Numbered from the stretch's first letter, positions 36,493 to 46,099 are shown. The stretch: DNA of 64,000 nucleotides from Clostridia bacterium (GCA_017616435.1 JAFZYC010000012.1:3327-67326); one strand, 5' to 3'. Numbers and translations: made by a program. Notes: generated from the letters alone by a model not told the origin.

Positions 36493-38865
36493 TCACAGAT
36501 CCTCTATCTCGCCGATATGCCATATCTCATCGGCGTACTGGGAGATCGTGCGGTCGCTGGAGAACTTGCCCGCGGCGACGACATTGTTGAGGCACTTCCT
36601 TGCGAAGGCGTCCGCGTCGCGCGTGTCGTAGATCGCGCGCAGCTTCGTATCGACGTAGCCGTGCAGGTCGTACAGGCTGAAGTAGTAATCGGGCTTGCGC
36701 CAGTCGCCGATCAGCAGGGAATTGTAGATCTCAAGCAGCACGCGGCGCGAATCCTCGTTCTTGGCGACGGAGCTGTTGATGAGCGAATCGACCGCCCGCT
36801 TTACGAGGGGATCGGAATTGTAGATATCCATCGGACAGTAGCCGGGACGGACGCGCTCGAGCTCGTCGACCCTCGCGCCGAATATGTAGTTGTTCTCTTC
36901 GCCCGCTTCGCGAACGATCTCGATATTCGCGCCGTCGTACGTGCCGAGCGTCACGGCGCCGTTGAGCATGAGCTTCATGTTGCCCGTACCGGAGGCCTCC
37001 GTGCCGGCGGGGGAGATCTGCTCGGAGATATCCGCAGCGGGGATTATATGCTCCGCGTAGGAGCAGTTGTAGTTGCGGACGAACACGACGCGCATGCGGT
37101 CGTTGACTTCGGGATCGTTGTTGACGAGCGCGGCGATGTCGTTGATGTACTTTATGACGTTCTTCGCCATTATGTAGCCGGGAGCGGCCTTCGCGCCGAA
37201 TATGAACGCCGTCGGGGGCATATCCTTTAGGCTCCCGTCCTTGATGCTGTAATAGATCTGCATTATGGACAGCGCGTTCATAAGCTGGCGCTTGTATTCG
37301 TGCATGCGCTTTACCTGAACGTCGAAAACGAAGCCGGAGGGTATCTGCACGCCCTCCTTTTCCGCTATGATGCGGGAAAGCTTGTTCTTCATGCGCTGCT
37401 TGACCTCGCGGAAGCGGCGTATGGAGGCGTCGTCGATATGCCGGCGGAAATCCGCGATGCCGGAGAGATCCTTAAGGAACCCGTCGCCGATCTTTGCGCT
37501 CAGCATCGAGGTCAGCTCCGGATTGCAGAGGCCGAGCCAGCGGCGCTGGGTAATGCCGTTGGTCATATTGAGGAAGCGCTCGGGGAATACCGCGTACCAG
37601 TCGGAGAGGACGCTCGTCTTCAAAAGCTCGGAATGGATCTCCGCGACGCCGTTGATGTAGGTGGAAACGTATGCCGCGAGCCTTGCCATGTGCACGAGCC
37701 CGCCGTCGATTATGCGCATGCGGTCGATCCGCTCCTGCGGGACGGAGCGCTGACGCAGCTCCTCCTGCAGATGATCGTCGATCTTGATTATCATGTCCAG
37801 CATGCGGGGCACTACCGCGCGGATGAGATCGACGTTCCACTTTTCAAGCGCCTCGCTCATAAGCGTATGGTTCGTGTAGTTGAAGGTCTGCCTTGCGGTA
37901 TCGAAGGCGGCCTCGAAGTCCATGCCCTCCAGCATGAGCAGCCTTATGAGCTCCGGTATGGAGATGGTGGGATGCGTGTCGTTGAGCTGCACCGCGGCGT
38001 GCGCGGCAAAGCCGGTGAAGTCGTTCCCACGGACGCGCTTATAGCGCCTTACGATATCCTGCATGGAGGCGGAGGAGAGGAAGTACTGCTGCTTTAGGCG
38101 CAGCTTCTTGCCCGCTTCGGTGGAGTCGTTGGGATAGAGCACGCGGGTGATATCCTCCACCTGGTTCTTCTCCCTTACGGCAAGGGCGTATTCCTGCGCG
38201 TTGAACAGGGCGAAGTTGAGCTCCTCTATGGGTTCGGACTGCCAAAGCCTCAGCGTTCCGACATTGTCCGTGCGGAAGCCGATTATGGGCATGTCGTAGG
38301 GCACGGCCATGACGGACTGTCCCTCGAACTCGACCACGACGGCCTTGTCGTCGCGGCGGCGGCTCCACGGGTCGCCGTATTTCTGCCAGTTGTCGGCGAG
38401 CTCCATCTGGAACCCGTCGTGGAAATCCTGCTTGAAGAGGCCGAACTTGTAGCGCAGACCGTAGCCGTCCAGAGGCAGGTCGTGCGTCGCGGCGCTGTCT
38501 AAAAAGCAGGCGGCGAGGCGGCCGAGACCGCCGTTGCCCAATGCGCAGTCCTCGATATCCTCAAGGACTGTGATATCGACGCCGCGAAGCTTCAATAAGC
38601 TGCGGATCTCATCGAGTATGCCGAGCGCGTAAAGGTTGTTGAAGACCATGCGCCCGGTCAGATATTCTGCGGAAAGGTAGTATGCCCTGCGGGTCTGCTC
38701 ATGCGCGCGGCGGCTCCTGCGCCAGTCGTCGCTCATGGCGTACATGACCGCGTTGGAAAGCGCGCGGTGGAGCTGCGGGACGGTCGCCTCGTTCAGCTCC
38801 ACAAGATATTCGCTGCGCAGCTCCTCCTCGGCCCTGCGTATAATGCCCTTTGCATCCATCAACAT
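36493..38865 (-). CDS. glgP: glycogen/maltodextrin phosphorylase (GT35)
   Basis: 790 aa. PLP-lysine motif EASGTGNMKLMLNGA. Confidence 0.94.
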   Translation of the reverse strand: MLMDAKGIIRRAEEELRSEYLVELNEATVPQLHRALSNAVMYAMSDDWRRSRRAHEQTRRAYYLSAEYLTGRMVFNNLYALGILDEIRSLLKLRGVDITVLEDIEDCALGNGGLGRLAACFLDSAATHDLPLDGYGLRYKFGLFKQDFHDGFQMELADNWQKYGDPWSRRRDDKAVVVEFEGQSVMAVPYDMPIIGFRTDNVGTLRLWQSEPIEELNFALFNAQEYALAVREKNQVEDITRVLYPNDSTEAGKKLRLKQQYFLSSASMQDIVRRYKRVRGNDFTGFAAHAAVQLNDTHPTISIPELIRLLMLEGMDFEAAFDTARQTFNYTNHTLMSEALEKWNVDLIRAVVPRMLDMIIKIDDHLQEELRQRSVPQERIDRMRIIDGGLVHMARLAAYVSTYINGVAEIHSELLKTSVLSDWYAVFPERFLNMTNGITQRRWLGLCNPELTSMLSAKIGDGFLKDLSGIADFRRHIDDASIRRFREVKQRMKNKLSRIIAEKEGVQIPSGFVFDVQVKRMHEYKRQLMNALSIMQIYYSIKDGSLKDMPPTAFIFGAKAAPGYIMAKNVIKYINDIAALVNNDPEVNDRMRVVFVRNYNCSYAEHIIPAADISEQISPAGTEASGTGNMKLMLNGAVTLGTYDGANIEIVREAGEENNYIFGARVDELERVRPGYCPMDIYNSDPLVKRAVDSLINSSVAKNEDSRRVLLEIYNSLLIGDWRKPDYYFSLYDLHGYVDTKLRAIYDTRDADAFARKCLNNVVAAGKFSSDRTISQYADEIWHIGEIEDL

Positions 38866-38880
38866 ATAATAAATACCTCG

Positions 38881-40386
38881 TCAGTCAAATAAAGTTTTGA
38901 GTTTTTCGGCAAGCTCTTTTATATCGTCCGCCGTCGCGCGCCAGCTCCAGTTGCCGGAGGCCGTCGCCGGGGTGTTGATCCTTGCCTCAGCGCCCATGAG
39001 CAGCACGTCCTGCACGGGGATCACGATGAAGCGCGCGTCGCAGTTCGCGACTGCCTTCACTATCCCATAGGGAAGATCCTTCGTCCTTGCGTAGCGCCTC
39101 GCGATGCGGCGGGTCTTCTCGTCCGTCTCCTCCCACCAAGCGGCAAGGGGCGGATTGTCATGCGTGCCCGTATAGGCGATCTTGTTGCGCAGCGCCGCCG
39201 GATCCCCGTTCCACATCCGGTTCTTGTGCGGGTTCGAGCGGTCGCTGTCGAAGGCGAACTCCATCACCTGCATTCCGGCAAAGCCCGTCCTCTTGAGCAG
39301 CGCGCGCACGTCCCTCGTGATAAAGCCCAGATCCTCCGCGACTATCTCGACGGGAAGCTCCTCCTGCGCGGCAAGATCGAAGAGCCGCTTGCCCTCCGCC
39401 TTGCGCCATACGCCGTTCCTTGCGTTCTCCGCTCCGGCGGGGACCGCGTAATAGGAGGCGAATCCGCGGAAATGGTCTATGCGGAGAATGTCGTAAAGCT
39501 CCGCGCAGCGCCTGAGACGGGCCATCCAGAACTTGAAGCCGTCCTTTTTCATGCGGGTCCAGTTATAGACGGGATTGCCCCAGAGCTGACCGTCCTCGCA
39601 GAAATAATCGGGGGGTACGCCCGCGACTTCCGTGGGCCTGCCGTTTTTGTCGAAACGGAAATTATCCCTGTATGCCCAGCAGTCGGCGGAATCGTACGCG
39701 CAGTAGATGGGCAGATCGCCCATTATCATTATGCCCTTTTCGCGGGCATGCTCCGAGAGGAGCTTCCACTGCCGCGCGAGCTCCATCTGCAGGAACTTGT
39801 GGAACCCGACCTCGCAGGCGATCTTTTCGGATATCTCGGCCATGGCGGCGGGCTTGCGGTTCTTGAGGCCGTCGGGCCACTCGTACCAGGGCGCCCCGCC
39901 CATCGCTTCCTTTATGGCCATGAAGCGTGCGTGATCGTCGAGCCACGGAGCGGTCTTTTCGAACTCGGCGAGCGCTTCCTCGTGCCCGGGGAGCTGCTTC
40001 GCCCTCGCATAGGCGGTCAAAAGCAGCGGCAGGCGGTTTTCGTAAAGCTTGCCGTAATCCACGCGGGCGGCGTCGGAGCCGAAATCCACGGATCCGCACT
40101 CCTCCTTTGTAAGGAGGCCGCTCTCGACGAGCATATCAAGATCGAGGAAGTAGGGGTTGAGCGCAAAGCTCGAAAAGCTCTGATAGGGGGAATCGCCGTA
40201 GCCGGTGACGCCCGTGGGCAGTATCGCCCACATGTTCGCGCCGCATTCTTTAAGCAGGTCTACGAACCTGTGCGCGGCCGCGCCGAGCGTGCCTATGCCG
40301 TATTCGGAAGGGAGCGAGAACAAGGGAAGGAGCACCCCCCTGCGGCGGGAATAAACGGGTTTCTGTTCGCGAACTGATTCTGCCAT
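38881..40386 (-). CDS. malQ: 4-alpha-glucanotransferase (amylomaltase, GH77)
   Basis: 501 aa. GVLLPLFSLPSEYGIG N-terminus, and GDLPIYCAYDSAD and RIDHFRGF motifs. Confidence 0.92.
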   Translation of the reverse strand: MAESVREQKPVYSRRRGVLLPLFSLPSEYGIGTLGAAAHRFVDLLKECGANMWAILPTGVTGYGDSPYQSFSSFALNPYFLDLDMLVESGLLTKEECGSVDFGSDAARVDYGKLYENRLPLLLTAYARAKQLPGHEEALAEFEKTAPWLDDHARFMAIKEAMGGAPWYEWPDGLKNRKPAAMAEISEKIACEVGFHKFLQMELARQWKLLSEHAREKGIMIMGDLPIYCAYDSADCWAYRDNFRFDKNGRPTEVAGVPPDYFCEDGQLWGNPVYNWTRMKKDGFKFWMARLRRCAELYDILRIDHFRGFASYYAVPAGAENARNGVWRKAEGKRLFDLAAQEELPVEIVAEDLGFITRDVRALLKRTGFAGMQVMEFAFDSDRSNPHKNRMWNGDPAALRNKIAYTGTHDNPPLAAWWEETDEKTRRIARRYARTKDLPYGIVKAVANCDARFIVIPVQDVLLMGAEARINTPATASGNWSWRATADDIKELAEKLKTLFD

Positions 40387-40478
40387 GCCGACCCTCCGAT
40401 GCGCATTATTTACGTATTATATCACATCAAGGCGCTTATAGCACTATTTTTTTGATAAATTGTATTCAGCGAAGGCGG

Positions 40479-40513
40479 AAAAAACAAAAAAGCCGCGGAG
40501 AAGGCCCCGCGGC
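40479..40513 (-). terminator. intrinsic terminator after the large membrane protein gene
   Basis: Minus strand GCCGCGG-GGCCTTCT-CCGCGGC followed by TTTTTTGTTTTTT. Confidence 0.7.
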
Positions 40514-40527
40514 GATAGTGCGTTTTG

Positions 40528-42633
40528 TCATTCTCCGACCTTGTAAATGGTCGTTCCGCCCTTCTGCCAGACGGGCGTGAGGCTCGAGAAGAACTCGCTG
40601 TCGACGGAATAGGAGCCGTACTCCCATGAGCCCAGCAGCACGTAGCTCACGCCGTACCGCTCCGCGAGCTCATAGAAGCAGGAATAGGGATCCTCATACA
40701 TCCGCTTTACGTTATGGTAGCGCTCGCTGTAATCCACGCCGTGGAAATAGAGGAACGTCGGCGCGCCGCAGACAATGTTGCGGCCGGTCAGCATGGCGAC
40801 GGCGTTGTTGTGGTTGGTGGCGGTGAGTATCGTGGCGTCGGGGGCGGCGTTCGCCTTTATCCATTCCGCCGCTTCGCAAAGCTCTTCGGAGACGACCTGA
40901 TAACCGTTCTCGCGGTATCGGAGCTTGCCGTCGACGATGCCCAGATGGTCGCCGGAGACGTACTCGCGCGCGATGGTCATAACGCCGGAAACAAGCATGG
41001 ATGTCAAAAGCGTGCCGAAGAGTATCACATACGCGATGCGCTTTCCAAGGGGCAGCGCGGCTTTTTTCTGCTTATCGCCGATGTTTGAAGGCAGCTCGTG
41101 GAGCTTATCCCACACGTTCACTATGAACTCGGCGACTATGCCGCAGGTAAGCGCGAACCACACGAAGAGCAGCTTGTTGTTGTCGTACGTGTTGGGCTGG
41201 AACACCACGAACTCGCAGAGCGCCCAGATTAGGAGCGAGCCGCCGTAGAAGAGCTTCGTCTCCTTCTTCGCGGCGAAGAACGCGGGTACCATCAGTATGA
41301 ATATCATGCCGAGGTTCTTTATGTAGAACCAGAGCCATGAATCGGATTCGTTGCACCAGTTGAAGTGGAACTTCAGGAACCCGCCCGCGGAGGACTGGCG
41401 GAACGTGAAGCAGAAGAGCTGCGGCGCCGCGAGCGCGACGGCTATGACGCCGAAGAGCAGGAAGTAAGAGAGGTTCTTTCCACGGGCCTTTTTCTCGTCG
41501 GCGGACAGCTTTTTGGAGGCCTGCCCTATGAGCGCGGCAACGAACAGGAACGCGCTTATGAGCCCCAGCGCAAAGAAGCTGTGCGTGTGAACGAGGGGCA
41601 TGGCGCCTGCGAGTATCCCGAGCCATATAAAGAGCTTCGATTCCTTATCGAATACCGCGCGGCGAAGCAGCTGCAGCGCGGGGAAGAGCAGCGCCCATCC
41701 GAAGAGCGTCGCCCTCTGGGGGAGCATCATATCGGCAATGGAGTTGACCCAGCGCATGCCGTTGTCAACGAAATTGGTCGGGGTCTTGTACCAGCCTTCC
41801 ATGAGCAGCTTGCCCATGTCGAGCGGATCCGAGCTGTGCACGGTGGCGCTAATGTTATAGGTCTCCTTGAGCCAGTTCTCCCACGCCTCGCCGCTCGTCA
41901 GGGAGGCGAAGGTCTTCGCGTGATCGAAGAAGTAGAAGAAGCCGAAGCCTCCGCCGAGGAAGAACAGCCACGTGCCGATGACGGCCGCGGAGTCGCGGCG
42001 GAACCAGTCCTCAAAGAGCAGGTAAACGCCGAGCACGACGGTGATCGCGGCATAGACGGAGGGAAGCAGCGTCGCGAAGCGGAGCGTGGAACCCAATGTA
42101 TAGAACGTAGAGCTAATGCTGTCGCAGAGGAAGGGATAGCCCAGCGCAGTATCCGGAAGTATGGAGTACATGGGCGGGAATGTCTTCTGCACGGATATGC
42201 TCGTGATAAAGCCCAGATGCATGCACAGGTCGCCGTAGGTGCACTGACCGACATGCAGCGAGCCGTTGGAGGCGTTCGTGATGTAGTGATTGCTCATCAG
42301 TATCGCGCAGACGACGATGATCGGCACGCATGTCAGGAGCAGGGGGAGCTCCGTCTTTAAGCGGAAGCTGCCTGTCTTGGCCTTCCCGCGGCCGAGCACT
42401 GCGCAGAGCACGCCTATTCCGACCGCGATCACGAGCGCTATTATCTGCGACGCCAGCGTGAAGCCGATCAAAAACGACGGCAGCACCGGCAGCCAGAGCA
42501 GCATCACGAGCCCCGCCGTGAGGCCCATGAGGAGCTGCTTCACAAAGCGGTCGCGCGGGAAAACCAGCCTCGCGAAAGAAAAGCCTGAAACGGCAAACAC
42601 CGCGGCATAGAGGAAAGAGAGCAAATCGAGCAT
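40528..42633 (-). CDS. large polytopic membrane protein with C-terminal soluble domain (GT-C-like putative glycosyltransferase; family not identified)
   Basis: About 700 aa with at least 12 hydrophobic helices and a ~150-aa C-terminal extracytoplasmic-looking domain. Start at ATG 42633, 6 nt after GGAGG. The function call comes from architecture only. Confidence 0.35.
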   Translation of the reverse strand: MLDLLSFLYAAVFAVSGFSFARLVFPRDRFVKQLLMGLTAGLVMLLWLPVLPSFLIGFTLASQIIALVIAVGIGVLCAVLGRGKAKTGSFRLKTELPLLLTCVPIIVVCAILMSNHYITNASNGSLHVGQCTYGDLCMHLGFITSISVQKTFPPMYSILPDTALGYPFLCDSISSTFYTLGSTLRFATLLPSVYAAITVVLGVYLLFEDWFRRDSAAVIGTWLFFLGGGFGFFYFFDHAKTFASLTSGEAWENWLKETYNISATVHSSDPLDMGKLLMEGWYKTPTNFVDNGMRWVNSIADMMLPQRATLFGWALLFPALQLLRRAVFDKESKLFIWLGILAGAMPLVHTHSFFALGLISAFLFVAALIGQASKKLSADEKKARGKNLSYFLLFGVIAVALAAPQLFCFTFRQSSAGGFLKFHFNWCNESDSWLWFYIKNLGMIFILMVPAFFAAKKETKLFYGGSLLIWALCEFVVFQPNTYDNNKLLFVWFALTCGIVAEFIVNVWDKLHELPSNIGDKQKKAALPLGKRIAYVILFGTLLTSMLVSGVMTIAREYVSGDHLGIVDGKLRYRENGYQVVSEELCEAAEWIKANAAPDATILTATNHNNAVAMLTGRNIVCGAPTFLYFHGVDYSERYHNVKRMYEDPYSCFYELAERYGVSYVLLGSWEYGSYSVDSEFFSSLTPVWQKGGTTIYKVGE

Positions 42634-42654
42634 TATGGACCTCCGGATCATCCC

Positions 42655-42691
42655 CGAATAAAAATACGGGAGCGGCGTGGGGATGCCGCTC
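42655..42691 (-). terminator. terminator/attenuator between the degenerate signal-peptidase paralog and the membrane protein gene
   Basis: Minus strand GGAGCGGC-ATCCCCAC-GCCGCTCC followed by CGTATTTTTATT. Confidence 0.6.
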
Positions 42692-42703
42692 CGTTATGAT
42701 CGA

Positions 42704-43243
42704 TCAGAAATAGAGCGCGAGCCTCGATATCGGGGACACGCGGAAGCGCACCTCGCCGTAAATTGCGGAGTACTCCACGATATAGGACGAGGGGAAATTG
42801 ACGCTCGTCCTCACGTCGGGCAGCAGCAGTATGCGACCTTCCGGTATCTGGATCTCGAAATCGAGCCAATCCGCCCAGCCCTCGGAATAAGCGCTCTCAT
42901 CGAGCAGAGCGGAATCGAGGTACGCGTTCCCGCCGCGCACGGTGTATGTGGAACCGCCGAGCGCCGCAACGCGGTAGAGCGCCCACCCGCTGCCGGTATC
43001 CGCGCGGACGACGTCGCCCACGGAATAATCGGAGACGAACTTTGAAACGCGGTCGACGAGCAGGAGATCGCCCTCCTCAAAGCCCATAAGCTTCGGCTCC
43101 GAAACGGATACGGGGACGAGCACCGCTTTGAAGAGCAGGAATACGAGAAGAACGGAGAGCAGTATCACAACGGTAACGTCCGCTGCCCTTCGGGCGGCGG
43201 ATTCCGCTCTCGTATATGTGCTTCTCAAGGTGTATTCCTGCAT
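42704..43243 (-). CDS. signal peptidase I (S26)-like paralog lacking the catalytic Lys and the GDNR box (probable pseudo-enzyme)
   Basis: 179 aa. N-terminal TM segment. Collinear with the SPase I fold, but it has VSVSEPKL in place of GPSMxxTL, LYRVAALGG in place of VKRVIAxxG, and LLPDVRTSVNF in place of GDHRxNSxDSR. Confidence 0.6.
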   Translation of the reverse strand: MQEYTLRSTYTRAESAARRAADVTVVILLSVLLVFLLFKAVLVPVSVSEPKLMGFEEGDLLLVDRVSKFVSDYSVGDVVRADTGSGWALYRVAALGGSTYTVRGGNAYLDSALLDESAYSEGWADWLDFEIQIPEGRILLLPDVRTSVNFPSSYIVEYSAIYGEVRFRVSPISRLALYF

Positions 43244-43247
43244 GACG

Positions 43248-43904
43248 TTACTTGACCCTGCGGATATCGGAAATGGGGAACATTACCCCGCGGACCCTGC
43301 CCACAACGTCGGAAAGCGGTATCGCGCCGACGGTGCGGCTGTCCGTGGAATTGGTGCGGTGATCGCCCATCACGAACACGCAGCCCTCCGGAACGGTGAA
43401 CGTGCCGTCCACGGAGCCCTCGCAGGTGATGGGGATGTTCGACCAGCCCTTGTCAAAGAGCATGGTGTCGGAATAGGCGGATTCGTCCAGCTTGACGCCG
43501 TCGATCAAAACGTAGTATTCAAGCTCCGCCTTGCCCGTCTCCGGGTCTATGTTGAGCTTGCTGCCGAGGGAAACCGTCTGCCCGGCGGTCGCGATGACGC
43601 GCTTCACGAACGAGGTGCTGCCCCTGCCGGGGAAATGCACTATCACGATGTCGCCCTGCTTGGGCTCCGTGAACCAGTAGCTCACCTTTTCGACGATGCA
43701 GCGCTCGGTCTCCTGAAGTGTGTTCATCATGGACGGGCCTTCGACCCTTACGGGCTCTATCATGAACGCGCGTATGGCGAGCATCACGAGCACGAGGCCG
43801 ATTATGAATATCAGAAAATCGATATTCCCCGCGGACCGGTAGCCCTTTTCGCCGCTGTGCAGCTCTTCGCACGCGCGCATTGTTTTTCTATCGACCCTGT
43901 TCAT
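43248..43904 (-). CDS. lepB: signal peptidase I
   Basis: 218 aa. Catalytic Ser box GPSMMNTL, Lys box FVKRVIATAG and GDHRTNSTDSR box are all intact. An alternative start at 43880 would remove the 17-nt overlap with the DUF951 gene. Confidence 0.9.
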   Translation of the reverse strand: MNRVDRKTMRACEELHSGEKGYRSAGNIDFLIFIIGLVLVMLAIRAFMIEPVRVEGPSMMNTLQETERCIVEKVSYWFTEPKQGDIVIVHFPGRGSTSFVKRVIATAGQTVSLGSKLNIDPETGKAELEYYVLIDGVKLDESAYSDTMLFDKGWSNIPITCEGSVDGTFTVPEGCVFVMGDHRTNSTDSRTVGAIPLSDVVGRVRGVMFPISDIRRVK

Positions 43905-44094
43905 CCGAAGCCTCCATGATCTTCTTCGCGGCCTTGATGAAATCGCCCCTGTCGAGCATTACCGTCCTGCCGCATCCGGTGCATTTTATCTTAACGTCCG
44001 CGCCCGTCCTTATTATTTCCCATTCGGAGGAGCCGCAGGCGTGGGGCTTGCGCATAATAACATGCTGCCCCAAAGTAAAATCGTTGCTTATCAT
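43888..44094 (-). CDS. DUF951-family small protein
   Basis: 68 aa. KPHACGSSEWEIIRTGADVKIKCTGCGRTVML is the characteristic DUF951 Cys pattern. Confidence 0.75.
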   Translation of the reverse strand: MISNDFTLGQHVIMRKPHACGSSEWEIIRTGADVKIKCTGCGRTVMLDRGDFIKAAKKIMEASDEQGR

Positions 44095-44098
44095 ATCG

Positions 44099-46099
44099 TC
44101 AGTTGTTGCCGACCCACCTTAAGAAGAAGTACAGCCTTGCGCCGCGCTGGGATGCGGCATGGTCGTCGCCGCAGGTGGTGAGCGTCATGAACCTGTCGCG
44201 GGTGGTGACGTTCACGGTGTAGCCGAGCTCGCTCTTGCGGAGCTGGTAGTTGATCCAGGCCTGCTTCTCCTGCTCATTCAAAGCGTTGAAGGTGTTCGGC
44301 CAGTTGGTGTTGTAGAACTGGGAGGAATCCTCCGCCTTGCGGAAGCCCGGCTCCTCATACATCGCCCAGACCTCCCAGTAGCCGGTCTGGCCGTACGCGT
44401 TTATGCACCATACGCGGTTCGCGAATGTCTTGAGCTTGGACTTGTTGTTCTGGAGCTTGTGGAGCTCATGGAACATGGTGCCGCTCGTCCTGGAGTTGTG
44501 GCCGGTGATTACTATGTTCTTATTGGCCTTGGACCAGTAGAAGTATATGCTGCCGCGCACGGAGGACTTTCTGTCGATGTCGTGATCGTTGTAGTACCAG
44601 TTCTGCCCGTACATGATGGGGTAGGAGATGTTCGTGCCCTTGAGCGTGATGTAGCCGAGCGCGTCGGGGTTCTTGCGCCTCGCGTCGGCGAGCAGAGCGG
44701 TGTACTGATCGGTCTTCGCATACTGGTCGATGGCGTTCTTGCCAGAGGCCTGCGCGGTGATCTTTTCGATATCGTTTATGTCGATGGAGTTGGGCTTGGA
44801 GCTGTCGGCTATCACGTTGGCCGCGCGGAAGAACGCGCCGGTGAGCTTGATATCGCCCGCGGCGTGCGCTTCGGCGGAGGCGACGTCCTTATCGTCGATC
44901 GCGCCGTCGCCGTTCACATCGCCCAGAAGGACGCAGGTGACGGTCCTCGTCTCGCAGGTGGCGGGATTGGTATAGGAGATCTCCCTGCCGGTCGCGACGG
45001 GCGCTCCGTCGATCACCGTGCCGGGGACGAGGCCGAGCAGCCAGCCGTCCTCGGATACGTAGGGAAGGAGCCTCCAGCCCGAAACGGAGCACTGGAGCAG
45101 ATCGTTATCGCCGAAGCCCTCGCAGGAGCCGTCGCCGCGGAGCACGACCGCGTGCTTTTCTGATGCGGAGACGTAGTAGACGTTGCCCATGGGGCCGGGG
45201 ATGAGCGGGGAATCGGTAAAGAGATTGCCCGTTTCGTCTATGCCGAATGTCGCGCCCTTGGAGGCAAATATCTTGACTATCCCGTGCCACTCGAAGGAGG
45301 GGGTGGGGGAGGGTTCGTCGCCGGAGCTTGCGGGGGCGACTTCAAATGTGCGGACGGTGCCGTTGTTGTTGAGTATCGCGATATGATCCTCCGCTGCGGC
45401 AAGGCCGGCAACGGGGAAGGCGTTTATCGCCTGATCCGCGGCGGTGCCCAGAGTCGTCACCGCGCCGGAGCGCGTCACCGCTGCGGTGTAATAGCCCGCG
45501 GCGGTAATGCCTATAACGTCTGTCCAGCCGGTCACCTCGCACTGGCCGTGGGTGTTGTCGCCGCACGCGATGACAGTGCCGTCGGTGAGAAGGCCCACAA
45601 GGTGGCTCTCGCCCATGGCTATATCGGCGACGCCCGTCCACTTGACGGCCTCCTTGAACTGTTCCTCAAGCTCGCCGGTTATGACTATCGTGCCGTTCTT
45701 CAACAGCGCGGCGGTCGTGGTGTCGTTCGCGGCAAGGCGCACTACGTTCGACCAGTCGAATATCAGGTTCTGTCCGGATACCGCGCTGCCCATGAAGCGG
45801 ATGGAGCCGTCTGCCGCAACGCCGTATGTGCCGGTGGCGATCGCGGTAACGAATGCGTCGCTCCTGCGCAGGGAGACGAGGTCATAGGGCACTTCCGTGG
45901 GCTCGGCCGTGACTTCCTCCGTGGGAATGCCGGTGGGCTCGTCCGTCACGAGCGCTTCGGCCGTGGGTTCGGGTGTGACGTCGGGCGACTTATCGGGATT
46001 GCAGCCGGCGCAGCTGTTCCCTGCGAGTATGCCTCCCACGATAAGCCCCGCGACGACGACCGCGGCAAGTATAATTATCTTAACGGTTTTGCTGTTCAT
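44099..46099 (-). CDS. membrane-anchored RCC1-repeat / dockerin-like / class B sortase fusion protein
   Basis: N-terminal TM, PT-rich linker, then RCC1-like repeats (IACGDNTHGQCEVTGW, GFGDNDLLQCSVSGW). A GDVNGDGAIDDKDV calcium-loop (dockerin-like) follows. The C-terminal sortase B domain has ITGHNSRTSGTMFHEL (His), LTLTTCGDD (TLxTC Cys) and RGARLYFFL (Arg). Start at ATG 46099 after AAGGAG; the ATG at 46123 has no RBS. Confidence 0.7.
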   Translation of the reverse strand: MNSKTVKIIILAAVVVAGLIVGGILAGNSCAGCNPDKSPDVTPEPTAEALVTDEPTGIPTEEVTAEPTEVPYDLVSLRRSDAFVTAIATGTYGVAADGSIRFMGSAVSGQNLIFDWSNVVRLAANDTTTAALLKNGTIVITGELEEQFKEAVKWTGVADIAMGESHLVGLLTDGTVIACGDNTHGQCEVTGWTDVIGITAAGYYTAAVTRSGAVTTLGTAADQAINAFPVAGLAAAEDHIAILNNNGTVRTFEVAPASSGDEPSPTPSFEWHGIVKIFASKGATFGIDETGNLFTDSPLIPGPMGNVYYVSASEKHAVVLRGDGSCEGFGDNDLLQCSVSGWRLLPYVSEDGWLLGLVPGTVIDGAPVATGREISYTNPATCETRTVTCVLLGDVNGDGAIDDKDVASAEAHAAGDIKLTGAFFRAANVIADSSKPNSIDINDIEKITAQASGKNAIDQYAKTDQYTALLADARRKNPDALGYITLKGTNISYPIMYGQNWYYNDHDIDRKSSVRGSIYFYWSKANKNIVITGHNSRTSGTMFHELHKLQNNKSKLKTFANRVWCINAYGQTGYWEVWAMYEEPGFRKAEDSSQFYNTNWPNTFNALNEQEKQAWINYQLRKSELGYTVNVTTRDRFMTLTTCGDDHAASQRGARLYFFLRWVGNN

